A stretch of DNA of 64,000 nt from NCBI GenBank assembly GCA_951406725.2, contig OX597825.1, positions 63,054,001 to 63,118,000 of the forward strand, written 5' to 3'. The stretch is from Octopus vulgaris. Taxonomy: Eukaryota. Every line of letters begins with the position of its first letter. The stretch's first letter is position 1. A model generated the notes under the pieces. It was given only the letters and a program-made list of their open reading frames with translations, did not search any database and was not told where the DNA came from. Position numbers and translations under genes: made by a program. This document shows positions 12,890-26,662 of the stretch, in pieces.

Positions 12890-13510
12890 GGTTTCAAATT
12901 TTGGTGCAGGACCATAAATTTCTGGGGAAGAGATAAATCAATTACATCAACCCTAGTACTCAACTAATCCCAAAAGGACGAAAGACAAAATCTGACCCAG
13001 GCAGTATTTGAACTCAGGACTTATAATCAGAAGAAATGCCACTAAACATTTTGCCTGGCATAGTAACAATTCTGCCAGCTCGCCACCTTTGTGTGAGAAA
13101 TATTAAAAATTCTTATTTCATTATTGTCCACAAGGGGCTAAACACAGAGGAGACAAACAAGGACAAAGAAATGGATTAAGTCGATCATATTGACCCCAGT
13201 GCATAACTGGTACTTAATTTATCGACCCCCAAAAGGATGAAAGGCAAAGTCGAGCTTGGCAGAATTTGAACTCAGAACGTCACGGCAGATGAAATACCTA
13301 TTTCTTTACTACCCACAAGGGGATGAACACAGAGAGGACAAACAAGGACATACAAATGGATTAAGTCGATTAAATCGACCCCAGTGCATGACTGGTACTT
13401 AATTTATCGACCCCGAAACAATAAAAGGCAAAGTCGACCTTGGTGGAATGTGAACTCAGAACGTAACGGCAGACGAAATACCACTAATGTTTCTGCCAGC
13501 TCACCACCTT
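12890..13510 (-). mobile_element. Cluster of SINE family B units (one variant plus a dimer)
   Basis: Repeated CCACAAGGGG..AAAGGCAAAGTCG..GAACTCAGAACG units. Confidence 0.85.
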
Positions 13511-13834
13511 GAAATGTTAAAAATATAATGAAATATTAGAAATATTAAAAATTCTATGAAGTAAATGCCTGCCATGTTTGTCTCGCACATTGAGTTGCTT
13601 AGCTGTGATGGTGCCAAACTATGGTAAACATTTCACAGTTTATAGACCAGAAACCATATCTAAACTGTTGAAATGTAATATCATACATCGTGTAGCAATG
13701 AGCAAAGAGACTGTTATTGCTTTTGACAAATATATACCCAATGTACTGTTGACACACATGGTTCCCAATCTTAATAAGTACAGCAACCCTAATTACAGAT
13801 TTTATCTGCTCTGAATGTTTCAACATTTATCTGT

Positions 13835-14031
13835 TTATTTCTTAAATGTTGAACAAGCTATGACAAATAACAAGTGTTTAAATTGCAATAAAATGCGAAG
13901 CATTTCTCTTAGAGTCATGAAAACTTCTGTGATATGAGGTGAAGATACTAGAAAATCATGGCAAAACAGTTTTATTCTATAAAATACAGCTTCAAAGGTT
14001 TTCCAAGATTCTTTCACAATTATGAGAATAT
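13835..14031 (-). CDS. Candidate terminal coding exon of an unidentified gene
   Basis: Acceptor GTGTTTATTTTTTTAG; open frame (D)ILIIVKESWKTFEAVFYR..FKK*; phase-compatible with 17828-17865; no recognised homology. Confidence 0.2.
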
Positions 14032-15341
14032 CTAAAAAAATAAACACATTTATTCCACTTTGCTTTATTTGTTGTTTCTGTCCAATAATGTTCAATAAGG
14101 GAAAATAATTATAGATCAATACTAGTCAGAGGTAGGATGGTGGTGGTGGTGGTTGTGGTGGTGGTGTTGGTTGCAGTGGTGATGAGTGTGTGATAGCAGT
14201 AGTGGTGATGGTAGTGTGATAGCTGTGGAGGTTGTGGCTGTATTGATGGTGTTGCTGTTGGTGATGGTGTTGTTGTTAGTTGTGGTGATGGTATTGGTGG
14301 TGGTGGTGGTGGTTTTACTGCTGCTGCTGAGAAGGGAGAAATCTGCTGCTATTTCATTGTTCCTTTTTTTTCCAAATGCTGAAAGTTTTGTCAAACATAT
14401 TCACTTGAGAAGAACCAGAGGAATGTATGCAGTATTGATGGTTTCTTCTGATATCCTTTGCATTTATGTTAATCTAAGATTCCATTTAAAGATCAAATAT
14501 TGACATATTGTATTTAGGTTTACTGGGAAAGAGGTTTGTTATTTTGTTTTCTTGAAAAATTCTAAATTTATTTTAAATACGAAGCAATTTATATAGAAAT
14601 GTTGTTTGTAATATCTGAAAATTAAAAATAAAAAGTATTAAAAACATATATAAAAAGATTAAGAGAAAAACTTGCATAATTCAGCAATGATGTAGGGATT
14701 ATGATAGAAGTACTAATACAGAAAATATTGCAAATTTTCAAAACCTTGTGGATTCAGTGAAAGACACAAAAGTTGATGTAAACAGAAAAAAAAAAAAAAT
14801 TCTTTTAAAATCAGAAAAACTCTGGGAAAAAAAATAATAATGTTGGAAAATATTCATGAAAACAAAATCAATGTGAGCAGAAGGCTGTATAGAGCAAAGA
14901 CAGAGTTCTTTGAATAAGATTCCATCCAAGACATCAATGAAGAAATTTCTGCGTTCCTTTTTTTCTTATATAGAAGAGATTGTTAATTGCATTTTTTTTT
15001 TTTGTTACTTTCATTCACAATCTTCTCCTGAGAATTTGGTGTTTTCTGGGTTTTTTATATTACAATCTCATAGCTTTCATTTAAACTTATTTTGACAATT
15101 CTATTACTTTGCAGTCTTTGAACTGATTCTTAACCATAGTCAACATTTCACATTTATGGTGAACTAATCTCACTAAACTGAAAACTTTCATTTAGCAAGG
15201 TATATTCTGAAAGGAATTGTAAACACTTGTAAGCTGTCAATAAACTTGGCTGTATAGAAACTCCCCTAATGAGAATCAAAATATTTTCATTTCAGGCTAA
15301 TGCTAAAACATAAATTAGAAGGTTTCTGCTAAACTTTACTC

Positions 15342-15745
15342 AGCAGGAGTGGCTGTGTGGTAAGCAACTTGCTTACGAACCACATGGTTCCGGGTTCAGT
15401 CCCACTGCATGGCACCTTTGGCAAGTGTCTTCTACTATAGCCTTGGGCTGACCAAAGCCTTGTGAGTGGATTTGGTAGACAAAAACTGAAAGAAGCCCGT
15501 CGTATATATGTATATATATATATGTGTATGTATGTGTGTGTATATGCTTGTGTATCTTTGTTTGTCCCCCAGCATCGCTTGACAACCGATGCTGGTGTGT
15601 TTATGTCCCCGTAACTTAGCGGTTCGGCAAAAGAGACCGATAGAATAAGTACTAGGCTTCCAAAGAATAAGTCCTGGGGTCGATTTTTGCTCAACTAAAG
15701 GTGGTGCTCCAGCATGGCCGCACTCAAATGACTGAAAGAGAAAAG
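15342..15745 (+). mobile_element. SINE family A
   Basis: Full-length homology. Confidence 0.9.
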
Positions 15746-16342
15746 TACTTCGTTTTGGGTTCAGTCCTGTAGTACAGCATCTTGAGCAAGTATCTTCACC
15801 TATTACACCTCAGCAACTAATGTCTTCTGAGTGAATTTGAAGGATGGAAACTGCCGGAAGTCAACCATGCATCTGGCACTTCTGTTTGCAGTTTACTCTT
15901 TTGATATAAGCTGTATGTGGAGTACTAAATATTGGTTGTATGCCATGCAAGTTGAATTTTGTTCACCTTTGTGTTGGTGTGTGTGTGTGTGATTATGTAT
16001 GAATGTTGATATTCCAGGCTTGTCACTGCTTGATCAAATCTGTGATGACATTAACAATCATTTTCCATGCTTTCAAAATTCTTTTGGAAAAAGTTCCTTA
16101 TATGGAAAATTGCTGAGGGTTCAAAGACAATAATTGCATCCAGCTGCAAGAATCCTGTCTCAGATAATTCCTCCATCAGGCCCATGTTAGCATAGGAAAA
16201 TGGTCATGCCAGATATGGGAGCATGAGCTGTTGCAGTATGTCACTGCTTCCATCATTTGTTGGTATCAGCTTGAGTCTTCCCAGCAATGTCCCTGTTAGT
16301 TCTCATCTCAATGAAATACTTCCTCATCTGCTATGACCATGG

Positions 16343-16647
16343 TGTTTGTTCCTTCTCAAGCCATGCCTGGCTCATAAGGGCCGGTTTCCTGGTTTCCTTG
16401 GTTTATAAGTTCCCCACCTGGATGGTACGCTGGTCCGTTGCAGGTGAGCTGCAAGATGCATGAGGAAAGAGTGAGAGAAAGTTGTGGCGAAAGAGTCAGC
16501 AGAAGTTCCCCATTACCTTCTGCCAGAGCCGCGTGGAGCTTAGGGGTTTCACTCATCAACACACACATCGCTCAGTCTGAGATCCGAACCAGCGATCCCT
16601 TGATTGTGAGGTCCACTGCTCTAACCACTAGGCCATGTGCCTCCACA
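16343..16647 (-). mobile_element. SINE family D
   Basis: Homologous to 710-1020. Confidence 0.9.
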
Positions 16648-16689
16648 TGATGGCAAAATGGGCATTTAATAAATGAATGAATTTAATTC

Positions 16690-16985
16690 AGGATGTATAA
16701 TGAAAGAAAATTTATCTCTACCATGAGATAAAAAATCCGGCAAACAGTAAAATGGGCTGCTTAGTGGTTCCTCATTTCAAATAGAACTTGTCTATGGTCT
16801 CCATTGACATCAACCTATTTGGTCATATGGAAGATGATATTAAGCAACAACAATTTGTTGACATAGACAGATGAAAATGGAGGGGATAAAATGGGTACTA
16901 CAGTGCATACCTGGATTTTTTAAAAGAGGATTCAAGAGTTAACTTCATCGCCAACACAGGTGCATCATTTATGATGGAGAGAAAG
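16690..16985 (+). pseudogene. Highly decayed mariner transposase C-terminal fragment
   Basis: MGCLVVPH..SIDINLFGHMEDDIKQQQF..GFFKRGF..HRCIIYDG resembles the mariner C-terminus. Confidence 0.5.
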
Positions 16986-17119
16986 AATTGTTCTACTAAT
17001 ATATGAAATTTCAAAAACCCGTGTCAGTTAGTAAATGTTATTCCTGCTTTTGCATTATGCTTGGAGTAACTCTTTTAGAGAATATTGGATTAAAAGAATC
17101 ATTAAACTGTTTAAAAAAA

Positions 17120-17285
17120 TAGGCACAGGAGTGGCTGTGTGGTAAGTAGCTTGCTTACCAACCACAGGGTTCCGGGTTCAGTCCCACTGCATCGCACCTT
17201 GGCCAAGTGTCTTCTACTCGGGCCGACAAAAGCCTTGTGAGTGGATTTGGTAAACAGAAACTGAAAGAAGCCAGTCGTATATATG

Positions 17286-17350
<65 letters not shown>

Positions 17351-17555
17351 TTGTGTGTCTGTGTTTGTACCCCCCAATATCGCTTGCCAACCGATGTTGG
17401 TGTGTTTATGTCTCCGTAACTTAGCGGTTCGGCAAAAGTGACCGATAGAATAAGTACTAGGCTTACAAAGAATAAGTCCTGGTGTCGATTTGCTCGACTA
17501 AAGTTGGTGCTCCAGCATGGTCACAGTCAAATGACTGAAACAAGTAAAAGAGAGA
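17120..17555 (+). mobile_element. SINE family A
   Basis: Full-length homology. Confidence 0.9.
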
Positions 17556-17827
17556 TCTTTTTGTTCTGGCTCTTTATATACTGAGTTCAAATCCTACCTA
17601 GATCAACAATGCTTTTTCTTATTTTCTACCTCCAATGTTAGTCAAATAAAGTACCCGTGTGATAAGTGGTAAAATTGTTAGAATGGCAGTCAAAAATACT
17701 TGTAGTGTTTTTTTCTGGTTCTTTATGCTCAGAATAGTAAAGAGTGGGATTAAATTAGCACCAAAATTTTTATTGATACTTGATTTAAACGCAGACATAG
17801 AACTGAAGAAAAATATACAAAGCTGAC

Positions 17828-17865
17828 CTACATGAAAATATAACTGAATACCATGGAGTAGTAAC
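17828..17865 (-). CDS. Candidate small internal exon
   Basis: Strong acceptor TTTTGTTTTCTCTCTGTCTAG, donor GTCAGC (or GTAGGT 4 nt earlier); reads LLLHGIQLYFHV. Confidence 0.3.
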
Positions 17866-18904
17866 CTAGACAGAGAGAAAACAAAATCCCAGTTAATCTT
17901 ACTACATTTTGTATCAACCACTTCACTTCTATACATATAGTAGTAATAGTAAAAAGCTGAGAATAATTCTTAAAGAGATTCCCACTATAGATTCCATTTC
18001 TTCGCACATACAATCAATTGCTAATGGCTATTCAACATATGAATGGAAAATCTGTCAAACACACATGTAACATCATTGCATTATTACTTGTCTTTTACCT
18101 GGTTTCCATTTGATACTATGTTTTCAGGTTAGATAATTGTTCTGCATACATTTGGTCCCTACAGTTAAATTGTTAAACAGACCATTTATTATTGGTAATT
18201 TTTGTCATATATATTAAATACCACATTGCCCCTTCAGGTGGTCTTTGCTGCCGTTATATTGTTTTAGAACGAGGAATTTTTCTACCAATGCAATTTACTA
18301 GCTTTTATAATGGTTGTTAGTTACTTAGTGACATGTAAAACTGAAATGAGTGCAGTGCTTGTTTGTCGGTGAAAGCATATGGCCTAGTCCTCTATGTGTT
18401 GATCTCATAATCATAAATTCCTAGTTTCAGTTCTCAGACTCGGCGGAATGCTGTCTTCTTGTACAAAACACTTCATTTCCCTTGTTGCAGTTCACTTATT
18501 TGAAAACGAGCACCAACAACTGATGAAGGTTGACTCTGTGATTGATTGGCATTTCATTCTGATGTGTATGCATTCTTTTCTACTCTAGGCACAAGGCCCA
18601 AAATTTGTGGGTGAGTGGGCCAGTCGATTAGATCGACACTAGCACGCAACTGGCACTTAATTTTTCAACCCCGAAAGGATGAAAGGCAAAGTCGACCTCG
18701 GCAGAGTTTGGACTTGGTTGGAGAATGGGAGGCGTATTTTATTCTCTCCGTCACTTGTATCCCATGGAAAATGGAATAAACCTTGTCCTAATGAACCTGA
18801 AATTGAAACAGACTCAAAATGTTTGTGACTCTGATCATCTGTTCAAATTATAGTCATGCATCTTATTCTGCTTCTGCACAGAATATATTAATCTATAATA
18901 TATA

Positions 18905-19325
18905 ATGCAGTGAGCTGGCAGAATTGTTAGCACGCCGGGCGAAATGCTTAGTGGTATTTCATAAGCCACTACGTTCTGAGTTCAAATTACGCTGAGGTTG
19001 ACTTTGCCTTTCATCCTTTCGGGGTCGATTAAAAATGTACCTGTTACGCATTGGGGTTGATATAATCGACTTAATCCGTTTACCTGTCCTTGTTTGTCCC
19101 CTCTGTGTGTAGCCCCTTGTGGGCAGTAAAGAAATAGATATTTCATCTGCCTTTACATTCTGAGTTCAAATTCCACCGACGTCGACTTTGCCTTTCATCC
19201 TTTTGGGGTCGATAAATTAAGTACTAGTTTTGCACTCGGGTCAATGCTAATCAACTTAATCCCTTTGTCTGTCCTTATTTATCCACTCTATGTCTAACCC
19301 CCTTGTGGGTAATAAAGATATAAGA
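18905..19325 (+). mobile_element. SINE family B dimer
   Basis: One head followed by two body/tail units. Confidence 0.9.
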
Positions 19326-19915
19326 ATATATTAATCTATGTTGACAACTCTATCTGTGATCAGGCAGTATATAATAAACAGAAACCTTGTTTTTTACAGG
19401 AGTAGAATATATAAATTCCTGGCATAGACAAATATGCTAAATAATGCAGCATCTGGATGAAAATGTCTTATGAAGAATATCTACCTCAATGTGTTTTCTT
19501 TTTTTTTGTATATTGTTTCTCAGTAAAGATTTGTGTTGCAGCCTCAAATAATAAATAATTTTAGGAATATATGTGAATCATTTCTGGTAAAAAAATACCT
19601 TCCTAAGATTCATTATGGTATTTTCCATGGAATATACATAGAGAGACTGTATCAGTTAAGATGTGCTGTAACTCTGCACATGTATACACAGACCTTTACT
19701 TTCATTTTTAATTGTTTCACTCATTAGACTGTGGCCATGCTGAGGGTGCCACCTTGAAGAATTGTAGTCTAACAAATTGACCCCAGCACCTATTTTTATT
19801 TTCTTTTTCCAATATCTTCAAGAAACATTGACAATTACTTTGTCCTCTGCATGCCATCAAGGTTTACCTGAGGCAATGACAACCCATTTGAATTAATACA
19901 GTTTGTAGCTCTAGT

Positions 19916-20253
19916 GTGAAGGTGCATGGCTCAGTGGTTAAAGCATCAAGCTTACGATTGTGAGGTTGTGAGTTCAAATCCCGGACCAGGCAGCGTGTTG
20001 TGTTCTTGAGCAAGATACTTTATTTCCCATTGCTCCAGTTCACACAGCTATAGAAATGAGTTGCGACATCACAGGTGCCAAGCTGAATCGGCCCTTACCT
20101 TTCTCTTGGATAACACTGGTGTTGTGGAGAGTGGAAGCAGGTATGCATCGGCGACTGCTGGTCTTCCATAAACAACATTGCCTGGACTTGTGCCTGGGAA
20201 GGTAACTTTCTAGGTGCAATCCCACGGTCAATCAGGACCAAAATGGGTCTCAC
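19916..20253 (+). mobile_element. tRNA-derived SINE family C
   Basis: Head GTGAAGGTGCATGGCTCAGTGGTTA..GTTCAAATCC; 12-bp TSD TGTAGCTCTAGT at 19904-19915 and 20254-20265. Confidence 0.92.
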
Positions 20254-20284
20254 TGTAGCTCTAGTATCATTGCGGGCATCGTTG

Positions 20285-20555
20285 TCTGCAATGCCAGGAC
20301 AGATATTGCAAGGTCATCTTTCATGACCTGAGAGATTCATCAACCTGCCACCAAAAATTTCTAAATTTTTATTAATTCCAGAAGAATGACAGGCAAAGTT
20401 GATCTTGTCAGGATCTGAACTCATTCAAAGAAGAACCACAGCAAATATCATGACATGTACTGTACTCTAATGACTTAGTCACATCTTTAGAGTACATGAG
20501 TGTCTTATTATCAAGTATGTATGATCTGAAGAAATTGATCCCAAGTTGGACATTT
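20285..20555 (+). repeat. Direct repeat, copy 1 (~260 bp)
   Basis: Highly similar to 22025-22280. Confidence 0.92.
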
Positions 20556-21038
20556 TGAAGTAATTTTCCTCAAAGACAGTTTAACTTTGTCACATATAAA
20601 CTTGTCCCTTTTTGGCATATTTATCCATTCCAAAAAAGTCTTATATACAACTAATTTTCCTACTAGTTATAGAGGGCTTTAGTCATATTACAGATTGTTC
20701 TGGTAGATTCAGCTCTTTAAACAACGTGGGCAGTGGTAAAAGACTTGCTAAAGATGAAATTAATATTTATTTTCTTTATATCTTATATTGCAGTTTGCCT
20801 TTCTGTTTTGTTTTTTTTTATTTATGCCTGCTGTTAAAACATGCACAGCCATTGAGTAGTTCATTTTTTTAAAAGTCTATAAGAATAAGTATCTTACTTG
20901 GAAATGAATAAGGGTTGGCAACAGGAAGGAGATCCAACTTGCAAGAAAACATACATCAATAAATTTTATCTAACTCCTGTAATTTATCTAATTCCTGTAA
21001 ATATGGACATTAAAATGATGATGGTGAAGATTATAACC

Positions 21039-21085
<47 letters not shown>

Positions 21086-21447
21086 AAGGATGATGATGAT
21101 GATGATGATGATGAGGAGGAGGAGGAGGAGGATATAGATATTCCTTTATTTTCTTGCACCAATCATATTGATACTGATACTACTCCTGTAGGTGTTGCTG
21201 CTGCTGCCACTGCTGCCATGTTCAAGACCACCACCATGATCCCCCACCTCCACCACAACTCCCAACTACCACCACTACTACTACTGCTGCTGCTGCTGCT
21301 GCTACTACTACCACTACTTCTACACACTCATATTTCTACTCATTTATAATACATATACACTCACACTTCGAAAAACGTATATATACAGATTGAATATATA
21401 TTTTGTTGCCGTAAACACACCACCACCACGACCTCTACGACGACCAC

Positions 21448-21485
<38 letters not shown>

Positions 21486-21546
21486 GTACCAATAGAGAAG
21501 GCACTCATTTAACAGACATTAAGTAATTCTGACATAGGACACTGAC

Positions 21547-21742
21547 CCAAGAATCATATAAAATTTGGTCTCCCTTCTCTTATTCCTGAATTTTTCATCA
21601 ACAGATTTTTGATGGAATTTACTGTCATGATACTTGTCACATCTTTGACCGTTTACATGGGAGGTAACAGTAGATCTGACCCTGTTACCAATTCTGTTTG
21701 TCCTGCATTGTGAAACGGAGTGCAAGTTTAATTCACTGTAAC
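21547..21742 (-). CDS. Candidate internal exon
   Basis: 196-nt open frame YSELNLHSVSQCRTN..KFRNKRRETKFYMILG, donor GTCAGT; acceptor is weak (purine-rich). Confidence 0.3.
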
Positions 21743-22024
21743 CTACATATGCTATTTATATCTATTTTGGCATGTTTTTATTGATTTTCTTTGTTATACA
21801 CATCAAACTATACTTATTGGTAAAATCTAAACTAAATCCGAGAAAATGTATCTTGCTGAGAGTATATATATACATATATATATATAGTGGTTAGGCTATT
21901 GCACTTATGATTGCTAGATCACAGGATCGATTCCTTGACTGGGCAATGTGTTGTGTTATTGAGCAAAACACTTCATTTCATGTTGCTTCAGTAACCTTTC
22001 AATCAGGGGAGTTTGTTGGCCTCT

Positions 22025-22280
22025 TCTGCAATGCCAGGACAGATATTGCAAGGCCATCTTTCATGACCTGAAAGATTCACCAACCTGCCACCACAAACTG
22101 CTAAATTTTTATTAATTCCAGAAGAACGATAGGCATGATCTGAACTCATTCAAAGAAGAACCACAGCAAATATCATGACATATACTGTACTCTAATGACT
22201 CAATCGCATCTCTAGAGTACATGAATGTCTTGTTACCAAGTCTGTATGATCTGAAGAAGTTGATCCCATGTTGGACATTT
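22025..22280 (+). repeat. Direct repeat, copy 2
   Basis: Highly similar to 20285-20555 with one internal deletion. Confidence 0.92.
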
Positions 22281-22406
22281 CCCATGCTGGCATGGATTGG
22301 ACGTTTAAATTGAAAGCTGAAACGCTGGATACACCAGCTTTCAATCTGATCTGGCATGGTTTCTACAGCTGGATGCCCTTCCTACTACAAGATATACATA
22401 TGTATT

Positions 22407-22464
<58 letters not shown>

Positions 22465-24162
22465 AATTTGAAATTAAAATATAAAAATATAAAAATATAA
22501 ATTTAAAAATTTCAAATTTCAATAATTTAAATTTTCAATTTTATATTTTATATATATTTTGTAAATTATATTAATTATATTTATTTTTTGTTTTTTATGT
22601 CTATCACTGTTTGAGCTGTCTAATAGTGGTTTTATCTCTAATTTAATTTATTTATATATATATGTATATATATATATATATATGAAGGTGGTGACATGAC
22701 AGAATCATTAGCATGCTAACAATTCTGCCAGCTCACCGCCTTTATACAACTATATACAAATAGTGTAAGAACCATTTGCTGGTATGCCATGGCAATGAAT
22801 ATGTAAGAATAAATTCAATTGTGAATTAAAAGTAGCGTTAGTGTTGTAAGCATTATCGGCTGCACATACTCAATGTATGTGAGATTGCTTGTTTGCCGGT
22901 TTGCTTGCTGATTCAGTTTTCCCAGGGGTTTCATTCAGATGTGATGGTGATAAGTCACAGAAAAGGTGAAATATCTGTATAAATCTGTATGTGATTGGGG
23001 GCAAGTTGTCTCACCTGCCTGACTTTCAGGTGTTTTAACAACCAGTACTAGAAAGGCATTTTCTCCAATGCACTATACCACAGCAAGCACACACATACAA
23101 ACACTTGTACAAACACACATACACATACATACAATTTTTGTCTACCAAATCCACTCACAAAGCTCTAGTCAGTCCAAGGTTAATGTGGAAAATACTCAAA
23201 ATGTCGTGCAATAGCATTGGACCGAAGTGCACTTTGTTGATTATCTATCTTCTGATATTTCTTATGCTCCCTTTTTTATGGCACTTTCTGCCAACCATTT
23301 TCACTTAACCACATCTCCATCATTTTCTCCATACATATACATTTCCTTCTTCTTTCTTATCCTTCTCTCTATTTGTCTTTACCTCGAGCTATAACTCTAT
23401 CTGCATATCTCTCCTCGTCTCCCAACAGCTTTTTTGTCTCCCACACATCCAGTCTTTCTTTCAACAAACCATTAGTACTTTTTTCCTTCTTTCTCCTCAG
23501 ATAAGATACCACACAACTTTCCTATCTTTCTGTACCATCATTCCTTTTAGCATTCACTGCTCTCATGGTCAGTTGCTCTTTTTCCAGCTCCTGGTTTTCT
23601 CAGTCTTAAAATATTCATCATTTAAGAATATCTCTCTGTATTGTTTAATATATTTTTCTATTACTGTCATTGCTTATATGTTTCTTCACTATACTTAACA
23701 CTTATTTATTTACCATCCAGTGAAGAGATCACATCTATTCTTATTATTGTTCTTGTCTCATGTTTTCCTGTTTATGTTCATCTTTCCTGCCCACTCATTT
23801 ATATCCCGGCAATTTATGTTGCAGACATTATCAAACTGAACACTGTTATCATGTGTCAAAATCCTGCTGATATTTGGTTGAAAATTGATAAGGGTTTGGT
23901 TGTATATGTATTTTCTCTTTTTACTTGTACGTCCTTTAACCACCAAATTGAGCCAGAATTATATACATATATATAAAACATATTGTGTCTATTAAATAGT
24001 ATATGTGTGTGTATGTGTGTGTGAGAGAGAGGAGAGAGTGTGTGTGTGTGTATGTATGTATATATGGATAAATTCAATTTTGATTTTAACATATTTTCTC
24101 CATTTTTATACTTGCTTATGTTATCTATACCTATAACGAATTTTTTCAATTGTATATTTGTA

Positions 24163-24230
<68 letters not shown>

Positions 24231-24280
24231 CATATATATATATATATACATACATATATATATATAAATACATATACATT

Positions 24281-24337
<57 letters not shown>

Positions 24338-24529
24338 CCATATTAAATTATTTAAAACTGTATTATTTAAGTATAGTACTGCTTGAGTGAGGCACACTCC
24401 TGACAATGTGATATCGTTAAAGAACCATTCAAATGTATCTGATAACTTACTCAAAAAATAACACATGGTATTACATGGACAAATTAGCATGTCCAGCACA
24501 AATTACTTTGCAGTATTTCATCTATTCTT

Positions 24530-25220
24530 AGACTTTATTCTTTTACTTGTTTTAGTCATTTGACTGTGGCCATGCAGGAGCACCGCCTTACAGGTTTTTT
24601 TTTTTAGTTGAAGAAATCAACGGCAAGACTTATTCATTGTAAGCCAAGAACTTATTCTGTTGATCTCACTTGCTGAACCACTAAGTAAGGGGATGTAAGC
24701 ACACCAACATCAGTTGTCAAGCGATGGTGGGAGCAGAAACACAGATGCAAAACATAAATATATACATGCATATATCATCATCAGCATATATATATGTATA
24801 TATATATATATACACACACACACAAACACACATACACACATACAATGTATTTCTTTCAGGTTCTGTCTACCAAATCCACTCACAAGGCTTTGATCAGTCT
24901 GAGATTATAACAGAAGACACTTGGTCAAGGTGCCACACAGTGGGACTGAACCCAGAACCATGTGGTTGGGAAGCAAGCTTCTTATTACATGGCCATGCCT
25001 GTGCCTATCCACACAGCCATGCCTGCACCAATCCACACAGCCATGCATGTACCTATCCACACATCCACACATTCACCTATCCACACAACCATGCCTGCAC
25101 CTATCCACACAGCTATGCATGAGCCTATCTACACAGCCATGCGTGCAGCTATCCACACAGCCATGCCCCCGCTATTTCCACTGCCATGTGTACGCCTATT
25201 CACAGAGCCATACCTGCATC
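24530..25220 (-). mobile_element. SINE family A with its head expanded into a 24-bp minisatellite
   Basis: SINE body to ~25010, then ~9 units of CCACACAGCCATGCCTGCACCTAT. Confidence 0.85.
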
Positions 25221-25764
25221 TATCTTTATCTTGATTTTGCGTTTCATCTATTCGGACTCAATAAAATGTATACCAGTTGAGCAATGGCAGTGGGGTAGAG
25301 GGGACCTGTAACCAATTTGTTCCATCCCCAAAATTGCCGACTTTGTGCCAAAATTTGAAACCAATATTACATGGATGAATCAGCAAGCCCCTAAATAGTC
25401 ACTCACTGTGTTTAGAAATAGCAACCAAATCTCCCTCAAAGCAATCTAGTGTCTTAGATTAGACCACCACAGACACACTGTGTAATTTGTTTGAGTTTCT
25501 TGTACTTAGGAAAAATAGGAAATATAGGTCATAAGGTCATAGCTGATATCTTTCTGATAACAGATCAGCTTGATCAAAATTGATTTGAGTGCCAAACATC
25601 AGTAACAATAACAAAAACAGCATCAACAACAACAGCAGCAGCAGCAGTAGTAGCAGCAACAGCAGTAACATCTCACTATAACAAACTCAAGTTTCTATTG
25701 TTCTAAGGTGAATTTCATTATATTTTACTGCTTCGACATTTAATATTCTACGTATGTCACTTAC

Positions 25765-25829
25765 TGCTGTCACAGTCCCCATATGTCTCCCATGATGAAT
25801 TTATGTTTTGCCGTCTTCTGTTTCCTCTC
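25765..25829 (-). CDS. Candidate internal exon
   Basis: Acceptor TGTTTTTCATAG, donor GTAAGT; the only open frame reads RGNRRRQNINSSWETYGDCDS. Confidence 0.35.
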
Positions 25830-25861
25830 CTATGAAAAACAGTTTAATAATTTCATCGCCG

Positions 25862-25896
<35 letters not shown>

Positions 25897-26039
25897 GTTG
25901 TGATCATCATCGGCAATACTTTGTCATCCTTGCCCTCGTCATCGATGTCGGTATTTTTCTTGGGGGTTGTGTTTGTCATCGTTGTTGCCAGTGTCAACTT
26001 TGTTGTTAACGTCACCATTATAAGCATTAAAATCATCAT

Positions 26040-26261
26040 TGTCGTTGTTGCCGTCGACACCCCCCACCACTGTCACCATCATCAGCATTATCGCTATCGT
26101 CCTCCTCGTCATCATCATCATCATCGTCATCATCATCGTCATCATCATCATTGTCATCGTCGTCGTCATCATTGTCATCATCATCGTCGTCATCATCATC
26201 ATCATCACCATCATCTTCATCATGATCATCGTCATCGTTATCATCATCATCGACATCATTG

Positions 26262-26316
<55 letters not shown>

Positions 26317-26662
26317 TATCGTCATTGTTGTCATCATCAACATCATTATCATCATCATCATCATCATCGATGTCATCATCATCATCAACATCATTATCAT
26401 GATCATGATCATCATCATCATCGTCATCATCAACATCATCATCATCATCGTCATCATCATTATCATCATCATTATCATCATCATCGTTGTCATCATCATC
26501 ATCAACATCATCATCATCATCAACATCATCATCATCATCAACATCATCATCATCATCAACATCATCATCATCATCATCATCATCATTATCATCATCATCA
26601 TCATCATCGTCATCATCAACATCATCATCATCATCAACATCATCATCATTATCATCATCATC
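26040..26662. repeat. Long imperfect (CAT)n microsatellite
   Basis: Direct reading; source of the poly-H/I/M/S ORFs. Confidence 0.97.

Noticed and set aside
19916-19990. tRNA gene
   Set aside because: tRNA-like head of a SINE that continues into the SINE body and is enclosed by a TSD
20285-22280. LTR retrotransposon
   Set aside because: The direct repeats lack TG..CA ends, PBS/PPT and gag-pol remnants
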